From the NCBI GenBank assembly GCA_038147175.1, contig JAYQTD010000002.1, positions 814,570-878,569 on the forward strand: 64,000 nucleotides of DNA. Direction: 5' to 3'. The position numbers were made by a program, and so were the translations under genes. The notes beneath the pieces were generated by a model, which searched no databases, was not told the DNA's origin, and worked only from the letters and a program-made list of their open reading frames with translations. The first letter of the stretch is position 1. The number at the start of each line of letters is the position of its first letter. The stretch comes from Candidatus Eutrophosalina marina (GTDB lineage: Bacteria; Bacteroidota; Bacteroidia; Flavobacteriales; Flavobacteriaceae). Shown piece after piece: positions 1-9,147 of the stretch.

Positions 1-8
1 GTTTTTTT

Positions 9-1388
9 ATGAAAATTTCAATTAAGATATTATTGTTTTTGTTTCTTGCCTTTAATTATTCATGTGACAAAACTGAAATTGATAAGTATAATTATATTGT
101 AATATTTACAGATGATATGGGTTATGGAGATATTGGAGTGTATGGGCATCCAACAATTAATACTCCTTACCTTGATAAGATGTCTGTGGAAGGACAAAAA
201 TGGACACAATTTTATTCTGCTGCATCAGTATGTACTCCTTCTAGAGCAGCGCTTTTAACAGGAAGGCTTCCAGTAAGAAGTGGAATGGCGAGTTCTGTTA
301 ATAGGGTTCTATTTCCTAACTCTAAATACGGAATTCCAAAAAGTGAAATTTTAATTGCTGAAAAATTGAAAGATCATAATTATAAAACTGCTATAGTTGG
401 TAAATGGCATTTAGGACACAATGATGAATTTCTTCCTTTAAATCATGGATTTGATTATTATTATGGTATTCCCTACTCAAATGATATGGATAAGATAAAT
501 AACAATCCTTATTGGTCAGAATATGATCGAGATGAATTGAATTCTAAAAGTTATAATGTTCCTTTAATTGAAAATTTTAAAATCATAGAAAGGCCTGCTG
601 ATCAAACAACAATAACAAAAAGATTTTCTGAAAAAGTAATTGAATTAGTAAACCAATACAAAGAAGATAATTTCTTTATTTATCTAGCTCACAGTCTCCC
701 GCATATACCTTTGTATGCTTCTGATGAATTTTTAGGGAAAAGTAAAAGAGGCTTGTATGGTGACGTCATAGAAGAAATTGATTTTGGTGTTGGTCAAATT
801 CTAAGTGAGTTAAAAAAACTTGAGCTAGATAAAAATACTATTGTAGTATTCACTTCCGATAATGGACCATGGTTGACATATAAAACACATGGTGGTTCAG
901 CTGGTCTTTTGAGAAATGGAAAAGGTACAACCTGGGAGGGTGGAATGAGAGTTCCAGCAATATTTTGGGGAGCAGGTATAGTCCCGAAATCTGTGAATGA
1001 AATGGGCTCAACATTAGATCTTTATCCAACCTTTATGTCAATTTCTAATATAAGTTATAAAGAAGATAATGAGCTGGATGGAGTTGATCTATCTGATGTG
1101 TTATTTAACAACGGATCATCCACCAGAGAAATTATGCCTTTTTATAATGGATCTGAATTATATGCATTTCGTTATAAAAACTATAAACTTCATTTAAAAA
1201 CATCATCTTGGTTTAGTAAAGTTGAAACACATGACCCTCCTATGCTATTTGATCTTGAAATAGATCCTTCAGAAAAATATAATATTTCTGAAGAGAATCC
1301 AGAAAAGATTAATGAGATTTTAAAAATTATTAATCTTCACAAAGAAAAAATAGTTTTCGGTAATGATCAGTTAGAATCTCGTGATTAG
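9..1388 (+). CDS. Secreted sulfatase-family hydrolase (arylsulfatase / GalNAc-6-sulfatase-like)
   Basis: 459-aa ORF with an N-terminal signal peptide ending in Cys (FNYSC). It has the type I sulfatase signature SVCTPSRAALLTGR (formylglycine site) and the N-terminal IFTDDMGYGD metal-binding block. Confidence 0.9.
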   Translation: MKISIKILLFLFLAFNYSCDKTEIDKYNYIVIFTDDMGYGDIGVYGHPTINTPYLDKMSVEGQKWTQFYSAASVCTPSRAALLTGRLPVRSGMASSVNRVLFPNSKYGIPKSEILIAEKLKDHNYKTAIVGKWHLGHNDEFLPLNHGFDYYYGIPYSNDMDKINNNPYWSEYDRDELNSKSYNVPLIENFKIIERPADQTTITKRFSEKVIELVNQYKEDNFFIYLAHSLPHIPLYASDEFLGKSKRGLYGDVIEEIDFGVGQILSELKKLELDKNTIVVFTSDNGPWLTYKTHGGSAGLLRNGKGTTWEGGMRVPAIFWGAGIVPKSVNEMGSTLDLYPTFMSISNISYKEDNELDGVDLSDVLFNNGSSTREIMPFYNGSELYAFRYKNYKLHLKTSSWFSKVETHDPPMLFDLEIDPSEKYNISEENPEKINEILKIINLHKEKIVFGNDQLESRD

Positions 1389-1403
1389 ATAATTATTAAG
1401 ATT

Positions 1404-2168
1404 TTAGTTTAAGCTACTTTCGATATAATCCCAAAGCTTAATTCTCATCTCTAAAGCTTTCTTTGACATTAAGGTAGCTTCTTTCCATTTTGTAGCGTCA
1501 TCTCCACATAGTTCACTAATCATTTTTAGAGCCATTGGTCCATGTTCGTCTCCATCAAGTTCAATATGTCTCTCTAAGTAATAAAGCAAATCAGAAATTT
1601 GAGTTTCATTTTTTTCATTGAGCGTCTTAACAATATTTATAAACATATCTGGAATTAAATCTTCTCTTCCAAATGTAAAAACACTTGCTATTACGTGTGA
1701 TTTATTGGTGTTAATTGTATCAAATGTAAAATCTAAAAAATTTATAATGCCTTCAGGTAGGTTTGATCCTTCTTTTGATAAATTATAGTCTTTTGTTTCT
1801 TTAATTTTTTTAACGAATTTCTCAATTAGTTTTGTGCTAGATCCAATTTTTTTCATTGATTCAACATATAATTCAAAGTGACTTGCTGGATTATTTTTTT
1901 GATCAACATCACTTTCCTCTCCAAGTATAATCTCATTAATTAATCTTCGTGATACTTTATCTTCAGTTGGGTACCAAGGAATTTCAGTACATGTTAAATT
2001 ATTTTGTAAAGACTTTGCCAATGACATAAAATCCCAAACGGCAAAAACATGAATTTCCATGAATTTAGAAATTGCCTCAACACTATTTAATTTATTGTAT
2101 AATTTGTGTTTAAGTAATTGCTCTCTAGTTTCTGAAATTTCTGAAAGAAGGTTGTCTATTTTGTTCAT
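1404..2168 (-). CDS. DUF3050-like (heme-oxygenase-like fold) protein
   Basis: The ORF is open to 2216, but the ATG at 2168 (MNKIDNLLSEI...) is the more plausible start. The HIELDGDEHGPMALKM block and overall helical composition match my recollection of the DUF3050 family. The function is unknown. Confidence 0.5.
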   Translation of the reverse strand: MNKIDNLLSEISETREQLLKHKLYNKLNSVEAISKFMEIHVFAVWDFMSLAKSLQNNLTCTEIPWYPTEDKVSRRLINEIILGEESDVDQKNNPASHFELYVESMKKIGSSTKLIEKFVKKIKETKDYNLSKEGSNLPEGIINFLDFTFDTINTNKSHVIASVFTFGREDLIPDMFINIVKTLNEKNETQISDLLYYLERHIELDGDEHGPMALKMISELCGDDATKWKEATLMSKKALEMRIKLWDYIESSLN

Positions 2169-2221
2169 AAAAAAGGCAAAATTAATATTTAAAAATTTAT
2201 TTTTAAATAATTTCAAAAATT

Positions 2222-2824
2222 ATGCAAATCGATGTTCTTTTTGCTTTTTTAACAAGTGTCTTCTTTCTTACGTTGTCACCAGGACCTGATATTATATATG
2301 TATTTTATAAAAGCTCAACTAGTGGATTTAAAGAAGCCGCTAAATTAAGTATAGGTTTAACCTCAGGCCTTTTGATTCATACATTATTTGTTGTATTAGG
2401 TATTTCCGCTTTAATTAAATCAAATCAAGATTATTATGATATTATCAAATATTTTGGTTTTATATATTTTTCATATTTAGCCCTTAGTCAATTTTTTAAT
2501 AAAAATAAGAGTGATAACAAAAGGAATGAAGGTAAAAACAGTTTTGTTACAGGTCTTTTAATGAACCTTCTCAATCCCAAGGTTAGTATTTTTTTTATAG
2601 CATTTCTTCCAGCATTTGTATTTCATAATGATTTAGCTGTTAACCTTCAGTTTTTAATATTGGGGTTTATTTTTTGGTTAATTGCAACATTAATTTTTTT
2701 AACAATATCTTATTTTTCAAATTTTCTAAAACCAAAATTTGAAAACTTTATGAAATCAAAAGAATCAAAATTTATACAAGGAATTATTTTTCAATTAATA
2801 GCAGTTTATATTCTCTTAAGCTAA
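2222..2824 (+). CDS. LysE/RhtB-family amino-acid exporter
   Basis: 200-aa polytopic membrane ORF with the N-terminal family motif LTLSPGPD and about 6 hydrophobic segments. Confidence 0.8.
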   Translation: MQIDVLFAFLTSVFFLTLSPGPDIIYVFYKSSTSGFKEAAKLSIGLTSGLLIHTLFVVLGISALIKSNQDYYDIIKYFGFIYFSYLALSQFFNKNKSDNKRNEGKNSFVTGLLMNLLNPKVSIFFIAFLPAFVFHNDLAVNLQFLILGFIFWLIATLIFLTISYFSNFLKPKFENFMKSKESKFIQGIIFQLIAVYILLS

Positions 2825-3207
2825 TTAATAAACTTATCCTTTTTTTTAGATGAAATAGAACACGATTCTCTTTTTCCAAAGAGATCATACCTATTATTAG
2901 CTATAATTTTGTAAGCAAAATCAGAAATAAATTCTGGTGTAATTTTTAATATATAGTAAATAGCTTTTAGTTTAGGTATGTTGTAGAATATTGATTTTAG
3001 TGCTTTAGAGTTTTTAAGTATTGATTTGTCTTTTTTTACAAGTACAATAGAATTTATTTTTTTTAGTTCCAGATTATTTTGCTTTGAAAAAAGACTATCA
3101 AAATCTGAGATTTTATATTTATTGTTTATATCATATTTTACAATGAATTGACAGAATTTATTACATATATTGCAATATCCATCAATAACAATTACCTCAT
3201 ATTCCAT
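2821..3207 (-). CDS. DCC-family thiol-disulfide oxidoreductase (DUF393)
   Basis: 128-aa ORF beginning VIVIDGYCNICNKF, the characteristic D-G-x-C-x-x-C N-terminus of the DCC/DUF393 family. Confidence 0.7.
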   Translation of the reverse strand: MEYEVIVIDGYCNICNKFCQFIVKYDINNKYKISDFDSLFSKQNNLELKKINSIVLVKKDKSILKNSKALKSIFYNIPKLKAIYYILKITPEFISDFAYKIIANNRYDLFGKRESCSISSKKKDKFIN

Positions 3208-3282
3208 TCCTAAAGTTAATAACTTTTTAAAACCTTATTTAAATTTATTCTAAATAAGCTTTTTTATTCCAAGATTCTATAT

Positions 3283-3290
3283 TAGATTTG
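3283..3290 (+). promoter_or_regulatory. Candidate Bacteroidota -7 promoter box (TAnnTTTG)
   Basis: TAGATTTG lies 32 nt upstream of the ATG at 3322. No clear -33 TTG partner was found. Confidence 0.3.
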
Positions 3291-3321
3291 CGGTAATTTA
3301 AAATCATTCTAAATAAATCTA

Positions 3322-4431
3322 ATGAGAAAAACTTTTATCCTTTTAATATTTTTTGGAGGATTTGCTTTTTCTCAAAATAGTTCAGAAACACAATTAAGTA
3401 ATCTCAGCTCAATAGATTCTGGATTAACTATCGGTGGATATGGTGAAATTACTTATAATGATCCATCTGATGATGTTTCTGAAATTGATGTTCAAAGATT
3501 AGTCTTGTTGTTCGCATATAAATTTGATGATAGAGTTTCATTTGTTACTGAAATTGAATTTGAACATGTAAAAGAAGTCTATGTTGAACAGGCTTTTTTA
3601 AATTATGCCTTAAATGAAAATTTAAATTTGAGAGGAGGTTTAATGCTAATTCCCCTTGGAATAATAAATGAATATCATGAACCAACTACATTTAATGGTG
3701 TCGAAAGACCTAGTATTGATGGAAAAATTATTCCTTCAACATGGAGAGAAATAGGGTTTGGCTTTTACGGTAAATCAAATGCACTCTCTCTAAGATATCA
3801 GGCTTATATTGTTAATGGTCCAATTTCTTATGATGGTGACTACAAACTAAGAGGTTCAGATCTTATTAGAAAAGGAAGACAGAAGGGTGCTGAATCTGTT
3901 GGGAGTAATGGTAATTTCACAGCTAAAATCGATTATTATGGATTGCCAGGATTAAAATTAGGACTTGGATACTACAGTGGTAAAACACAAACAACCGATC
4001 AATCTATAGATGCATCTCAAGTTGGACTTTCAATGGTAGCTTTTGATGCTAGATATGTCAAAAATAGATTTTCAGCAAGAGCACAATTGGTGTCTGCTAG
4101 TTTATCAGATACCGGAAAATATAATTTATTTTCAGGAAAGGATTTAGGTTCTAAAGCTTCAGGTTATTACGTTGAAGGAGCATACAATTTACTGCCACTT
4201 GAAAATACTCAGAAATTAGATTTGTTTGTGAGATATGAAGATTACAATACGCATAAATCAACAGAAGATTCTTTAATTATTAATAAAGATTTTCATAGAA
4301 AAGAAACAACTTTTGGTTTTTCTTATCATTTATCACGTGGTACCGTGTTTAAGATGGATTATCAATCTAAAAGAACACTATTAGATGATGATTATGGTCA
4401 ATTCAATATGGGTTTAGGTGTATTTTTTTAA
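3322..4431 (+). CDS. Outer-membrane beta-barrel, porin-like protein
   Basis: 369-aa ORF with a signal peptide (FGGFAFSQ). It shows an alternating amphipathic beta-strand pattern and ends in aromatic residues (LGVFF), which is typical of OM barrels. It resembles phosphate-selective porin O/P-like proteins. Confidence 0.5.
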   Translation: MRKTFILLIFFGGFAFSQNSSETQLSNLSSIDSGLTIGGYGEITYNDPSDDVSEIDVQRLVLLFAYKFDDRVSFVTEIEFEHVKEVYVEQAFLNYALNENLNLRGGLMLIPLGIINEYHEPTTFNGVERPSIDGKIIPSTWREIGFGFYGKSNALSLRYQAYIVNGPISYDGDYKLRGSDLIRKGRQKGAESVGSNGNFTAKIDYYGLPGLKLGLGYYSGKTQTTDQSIDASQVGLSMVAFDARYVKNRFSARAQLVSASLSDTGKYNLFSGKDLGSKASGYYVEGAYNLLPLENTQKLDLFVRYEDYNTHKSTEDSLIINKDFHRKETTFGFSYHLSRGTVFKMDYQSKRTLLDDDYGQFNMGLGVFF

Positions 4432-4441
4432 TAGTTTAAAG

Positions 4442-4964
4442 ATGAAAAGGTTAATTTATTTTGTTTTAGCTTTTATGTTGACTACAGCATTAAACAATCC
4501 ATCTAGATATATTGATAAGTCTAAAAAAGTTATTTCAAAACACTATGATACGATTGATTTTAAAATGAATGAAATTAATTTTAATGAAATAGATTTAAAC
4601 ATTTCTTTAAATGAAAATAATTTTTTCAAAATCACTTTCCCAGACTCTAAAAAACCATCATATCTGTACTTAGGCAATGCGCCAAGTAAGACTGAAACTT
4701 TTGATTACATGATTATTCTTGATCATAATCTTTCAATTGAAAAAATTAAAATACTTGCTTACAGAGAAAGTTGGGGTGGTGAAATTAGTAGTAACAGATG
4801 GCTAAAAGCAATTCAATGGAGCTCAAGGTGGTAAAAAATATATTTACAGAGAAAATATTTCTGCTATTTCTGGCGCTACCATTTCAGTGAAATCTATGAC
4901 TCGTTCCATCAATTATTTTTTATCTGATTTAGATAAATTAAATTCTATTAATTTTTTCAATTAA
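4442..4964 (+). pseudogene. FMN-binding domain (FMN_bind, NqrC/RnfG-like) exported protein, frame-disrupted
   Basis: The first frame ends at 4834 (...SSNRWLKAIQWSSRW*). Shifting +1 at about 4805-4809 (AAAA run) continues as KQFNGAQGGKKYIYRENISAISGATISVKSM... to the stop at 4962-4964. That restores the W-L-x-Q-F-x-G and S-G-A-T flavinylation motifs of FMN_bind domains. Confidence 0.7.
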
Positions 4965-4973
4965 TTTTAAAAA

Positions 4974-5453
4974 GTGAAATCAACGCTTTCTAACTTATCG
5001 AAAGATTTAAAGCTTTTAATATCTTCTTTCCTGATTGTTTTGACTATTGGTTTTCTTTCAGGAACGAAATTTTTGTTTTACAGCAATACTACAACCCCAA
5101 TAGGAATTGAAGAACACTATAACGGAAATGAATTTTCAGATGACCAAGAAGTAATGAAGTTTAAAAAAAGTGAGAAAGAAATTTTGAATATTGTCCATTC
5201 TCATATTCTTTCAATGTCGTTAATTTTCTTAGCTATTGGTTACTTCTTAACTAAAACTGAAATATCAAATCCATTAAAAAACTTTCTAATTGTTGAACCT
5301 TTTGTATCAATTGTTCTAACATTTGGTGGAATTTACATGCTCTGGCTTGAAATAAGTTGGTTTACTTATGTAATAATGATTTCTGGAATACTCTTACATG
5401 TCTGCTATTTTTTAGCTGTTTTCCTGATTTTCAAAGAACTTTACAAAAAGTAA
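4974..5453 (+). CDS. Hypothetical 4-TM membrane protein
   Basis: 159-aa ORF with a GTG start and four hydrophobic segments. It has His-containing blocks EEHYNGN and IVHSHIL. I do not recognise the family. Confidence 0.5.
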   Translation: MKSTLSNLSKDLKLLISSFLIVLTIGFLSGTKFLFYSNTTTPIGIEEHYNGNEFSDDQEVMKFKKSEKEILNIVHSHILSMSLIFLAIGYFLTKTEISNPLKNFLIVEPFVSIVLTFGGIYMLWLEISWFTYVIMISGILLHVCYFLAVFLIFKELYKK

Positions 5454-5495
5454 ATCATAATCCTTATATTTGTGCGCAATTATTTCTTAATTGCT

Positions 5496-6968
5496 ATGGC
5501 TTCAAATAATTCAAAATTTTTAGAAATTGGTCTAACATTCGATGATGTTCTTCTAGTTCCTGCATATTCTGAAGTTTTACCTTCAGAAGTTTCATTACAT
5601 TCTAGATTTTCTAAAAATCTTCAATTAAAGGTTCCAATTGTCTCTGCTGCGATGGATACTGTTACTGAAAGTAAAATGGCAATTGCGATGGCTCAAGAGG
5701 GTGGGATTGGTGTAATTCATAAAAATTTATCGATTGAAGAACAAAGTGATAAAGTAAGAAAAGTTAAAAGATCTGAGTCCGGAATGATTCTCGATCCAAT
5801 TACTTTGTCTAAATCTAAAACTGTTGCAGATGCTTTAAACTGCATGAAAGAATACAGTATTGGTGGAATTCCAGTAGTTGATAGTAACAAAAAATTAATT
5901 GGTATTGTCACCAATAGAGATTTGAGGTTTGAAAAACAACTTGATAAAAAAATTGGTGATGTTATGACTTCTAAAAATCTTGTTACAGGATCTAAAGAGT
6001 TAACATTAAAAGAAGCTGAAATAATCCTTCAAGAAAATAAAATTGAAAAATTACCAATTGTAGATAAAGACTATAAGTTGATCGGTTTAATTACTTTTAG
6101 AGATATTCAAAAATTAACAATAAAACCATCTTCAAATAAAGATGAATTTGGAAGACTAAGAGTTGCAGCTGCAGTTGGGGTAGGAGGAGATTCGATCGAA
6201 AGAACAGAAATGCTATATAATGCCGGATTAGATGCTGTGGTTATTGATACAGCTCATGCTCACACAAGTTCTGTTTTAGAAACTATCAAGAAATTAAAAT
6301 CAAAATTTCCTTCACTTGATGTTGTTGCTGGTAATATAGCAACTGGAGATGCTGCAAAGTTTTTAGCTAAAGCCGGTGTAGATGGAATTAAAGTTGGAAT
6401 TGGCCCCGGTTCAATATGTACTACACGAATAATTGCCGGTGTTGGATATCCGCAGTTATCTGCAATTCATAATATTTCAAAAGCTTTAAAAGGAAGTGGC
6501 ATTCCAGTAATTGCAGATGGAGGAGTTAAACACACAGGTGATATAACTAAAGCAATTGCTGCAGGAGCTGACTGTGTTATGTTAGGTTCATTACTTGCTG
6601 GAACTCATGAATCTCCAGGTGAGACTATTATTTATGAGGGAAGAAAATTTAAGACATACAGAGGAATGGGATCACTTGAAGCAATGCAAAAAGGAAGTAA
6701 AGAAAGATATTTTCAATCCAATGTAGACGATAAAAATAAGCTTGTTCCTGAAGGAATTGTTGGTAGAGTTCCATATAAAGGTTTTATTGTAGAGAGCATG
6801 TATCAATTTGTTGGTGGAATTAGATCTGGAATGGGATATTGTGGAGCAAAAACGATAGATGATTTAAAAAATAAATCAAGTTTTGTTCAAATTACTAGAG
6901 CTGGACTAGATGAAAGTCATCCTCACAACATCACAATTACCAAAGAGTCACCAAATTATTCAAGATAA
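5496..6968 (+). CDS. guaB: IMP dehydrogenase
   Basis: The ORF is open from the GTG at 5472, and the ATG at 5496 gives [22 protein letters not shown]. It has an internal CBS pair, the catalytic loop [11 protein letters not shown] and a conserved [11 protein letters not shown]. Confidence 0.95.
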   Translation: MASNNSKFLEIGLTFDDVLLVPAYSEVLPSEVSLHSRFSKNLQLKVPIVSAAMDTVTESKMAIAMAQEGGIGVIHKNLSIEEQSDKVRKVKRSESGMILDPITLSKSKTVADALNCMKEYSIGGIPVVDSNKKLIGIVTNRDLRFEKQLDKKIGDVMTSKNLVTGSKELTLKEAEIILQENKIEKLPIVDKDYKLIGLITFRDIQKLTIKPSSNKDEFGRLRVAAAVGVGGDSIERTEMLYNAGLDAVVIDTAHAHTSSVLETIKKLKSKFPSLDVVAGNIATGDAAKFLAKAGVDGIKVGIGPGSICTTRIIAGVGYPQLSAIHNISKALKGSGIPVIADGGVKHTGDITKAIAAGADCVMLGSLLAGTHESPGETIIYEGRKFKTYRGMGSLEAMQKGSKERYFQSNVDDKNKLVPEGIVGRVPYKGFIVESMYQFVGGIRSGMGYCGAKTIDDLKNKSSFVQITRAGLDESHPHNITITKESPNYSR

Positions 6969-7808
6969 TTGAAAAAGATTTTTATTTTTTTTCTCATTTT
7001 TTTGAGTTGTGATATCTCAGCTCCTATCGAAACTGAAGTTGTAGCTAGAGTAGGTGAAAATACTTTGATCAAAGAAGATATAATTAATTTGGTTCCAGAC
7101 GGCTTAAGCAAGGACGACTCAATTAAAATATTAACTAAATACATTGATAATTGGGCATTGAATCAACTTATACGTGAAAATGCAGAATTAAACCTATCTG
7201 AAGAAGAAATTGAAGAAATAACCAAGCTTTCAGAAAAGTATTATGATGAACTTTTGATTACTGCTTACAAAAACAAAGTTGCTGCAGTTAATTCAGATAC
7301 AATTGTAAATTCTTCGGATGTGATTGATTATTATGATGAGTTCAGAGATAATTTTAAACTTTACGAAGATATTATTAAAGGAAGATATGTTAAACTGAGT
7401 AAAGACAATTTCAATCTTCAAGAGATTAAAAGAAGATTTAGAAGATTAAATAATGATGATAAATCATTTTTTGATTCAATTTCAATTCAGCTATTGAATT
7501 ATTCTTTTAACGATTCAACCTGGATTAATAAAAATTTATTTTTTAGTAAAATTCCTGTTTTAAATGACCTAGAAAAAGAAAGAATTGTTAAAAATATGTT
7601 ATACCGTTCAAAAGAAGATTCTTTGGATGTATATTTGATAAAAGTTAATGATTATAAAAAGGTAGATGATGTCGCTCCAATAGATTATATTTATGATCGA
7701 ATTGAAGAAATTCTTCAGAATAGAAAGAAAGTTGATTTTATTAAAAAATTTGAAAAAGAAATTTTAGACAATGCAAAGAAAGATAACAAGTTTCAGTTTA
7801 CTAAGTAA
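6969..7808 (+). CDS. Lipoprotein, SurA-N-terminal-like periplasmic chaperone candidate
   Basis: 279-aa ORF with a TTG start directly after the guaB stop and a lipobox-like FLSC. It is helical and charged, with no parvulin domain recognised. It sits directly upstream of a SurA-like PPIase. Confidence 0.4.
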   Translation: MKKIFIFFLIFLSCDISAPIETEVVARVGENTLIKEDIINLVPDGLSKDDSIKILTKYIDNWALNQLIRENAELNLSEEEIEEITKLSEKYYDELLITAYKNKVAAVNSDTIVNSSDVIDYYDEFRDNFKLYEDIIKGRYVKLSKDNFNLQEIKRRFRRLNNDDKSFFDSISIQLLNYSFNDSTWINKNLFFSKIPVLNDLEKERIVKNMLYRSKEDSLDVYLIKVNDYKKVDDVAPIDYIYDRIEEILQNRKKVDFIKKFEKEILDNAKKDNKFQFTK

Positions 7809-9147
7809 AGCAGCATTCACGCTAATTTTACTGTTCTGCAGTACACTGAGTTCTCAACAAAAAATTAAGATTGATGGTCTTGCAGCTGTTGTAGGTGACT
7901 TTATCATTCTTGACTCAGATATTGATAAAACATTAATTGATTTACAATCTCAAGGCGTTGCAACTGATAATCTGGACAAATGTAGTTTACTGGGTAAATT
8001 GATGGAAGACAAACTTTATGCTCATCATGCCGAACAGGATAGTTTGGAAATTGACAACCAACAAATATTTAACTATGTTGATCAAACGATTGACTACTTT
8101 GTTAGTCAACTTGGAGATATTGATAAAGTTTTAGAATTCTATAAAAAAGAAGATGAACAGACTTTTAGACAGGAACTTTTTGAAATCAATAAAGTGAATC
8201 AGCTTTCACAAAAAATGCAATCTAAAATTGTTGATGAAATTGAAATTACACCTGAAGAAGTAAAGCAATTTTTTAATAATATTCCAAGATATGACTTACC
8301 AATTTTTGGTGCAGAATTAGAGATATCTCAGATTGTTGTTAAACCTGAAGTTAGTGAAGCTGAAAAGAAGAAAGTTATAGACAGACTTGAATCAATTAGA
8401 GATGATGTTGTTATTAACGGATCTAGTTTTGCTACTAAAGCAATCTTATACTCTCAAGATCCTGGCTCCAGATCTACTGGAGGAAAATATACTTTAAATA
8501 GAAATAGACCACAAATGGTAAAAGAATTTAGAGATGTTGCCTATAGACTTAAAGAAAATGAAGTTTCTGAACCATTTGAAACTGAATTTGGATGGCACAT
8601 TGTTAAGGTTGATAGAATTAGGGGACAGGAAGTGGATGTAAGACATATTCTTTTAACACCAGAAATTTCACCTGATGCTATGGCAGAAGCAAAAAAGAAA
8701 GTTGATTTAATTAGAAAGAGAGTAGTAGATGGAGAACTAACTTTTCAAGAAGCTGCCAAATCTTTTTCTGACGAAAAATCTACAAAAAATAATGGAGGTG
8801 TTCTTATCAACCCTACAACTGGAGATACAAGATTTGAGTTAACTAAAATTGATCCAGTTTTGTATAATCAGATACAAAGACTTGGAGATAACGAAATTTC
8901 ATCACCTCTCCTCGAACAAGATCGTCAAGGTAATCAAAGCTATAAATTGATAATGGTTTCTGATAGGTTTGATGAACACGTAGCTGATTACTCAAAAGAT
9001 TATATAAAAATCAAAGAACTAGCTCTAAAAGAAAAACAACTTACCGCAATCCAAAAGTGGATGAATGAAAAGATTATTGACACTTACATCTCTGTAAATG
9101 ATCAAAACAAACAATGTAATTTTGCGAATAAGTGGTTAAAAAATTAA
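7771..9147 (+). CDS. Peptidyl-prolyl cis-trans isomerase, SurA-like (parvulin domains)
   Basis: 458-aa ORF with a signal peptide. Parvulin blocks are present: SQDPGSRSTGGKY...FGWHIVKV and a second HILL...FSDEKSTKNNGGVLIN. Confidence 0.8.
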   Translation: MQRKITSFSLLSKAAFTLILLFCSTLSSQQKIKIDGLAAVVGDFIILDSDIDKTLIDLQSQGVATDNLDKCSLLGKLMEDKLYAHHAEQDSLEIDNQQIFNYVDQTIDYFVSQLGDIDKVLEFYKKEDEQTFRQELFEINKVNQLSQKMQSKIVDEIEITPEEVKQFFNNIPRYDLPIFGAELEISQIVVKPEVSEAEKKKVIDRLESIRDDVVINGSSFATKAILYSQDPGSRSTGGKYTLNRNRPQMVKEFRDVAYRLKENEVSEPFETEFGWHIVKVDRIRGQEVDVRHILLTPEISPDAMAEAKKKVDLIRKRVVDGELTFQEAAKSFSDEKSTKNNGGVLINPTTGDTRFELTKIDPVLYNQIQRLGDNEISSPLLEQDRQGNQSYKLIMVSDRFDEHVADYSKDYIKIKELALKEKQLTAIQKWMNEKIIDTYISVNDQNKQCNFANKWLKN

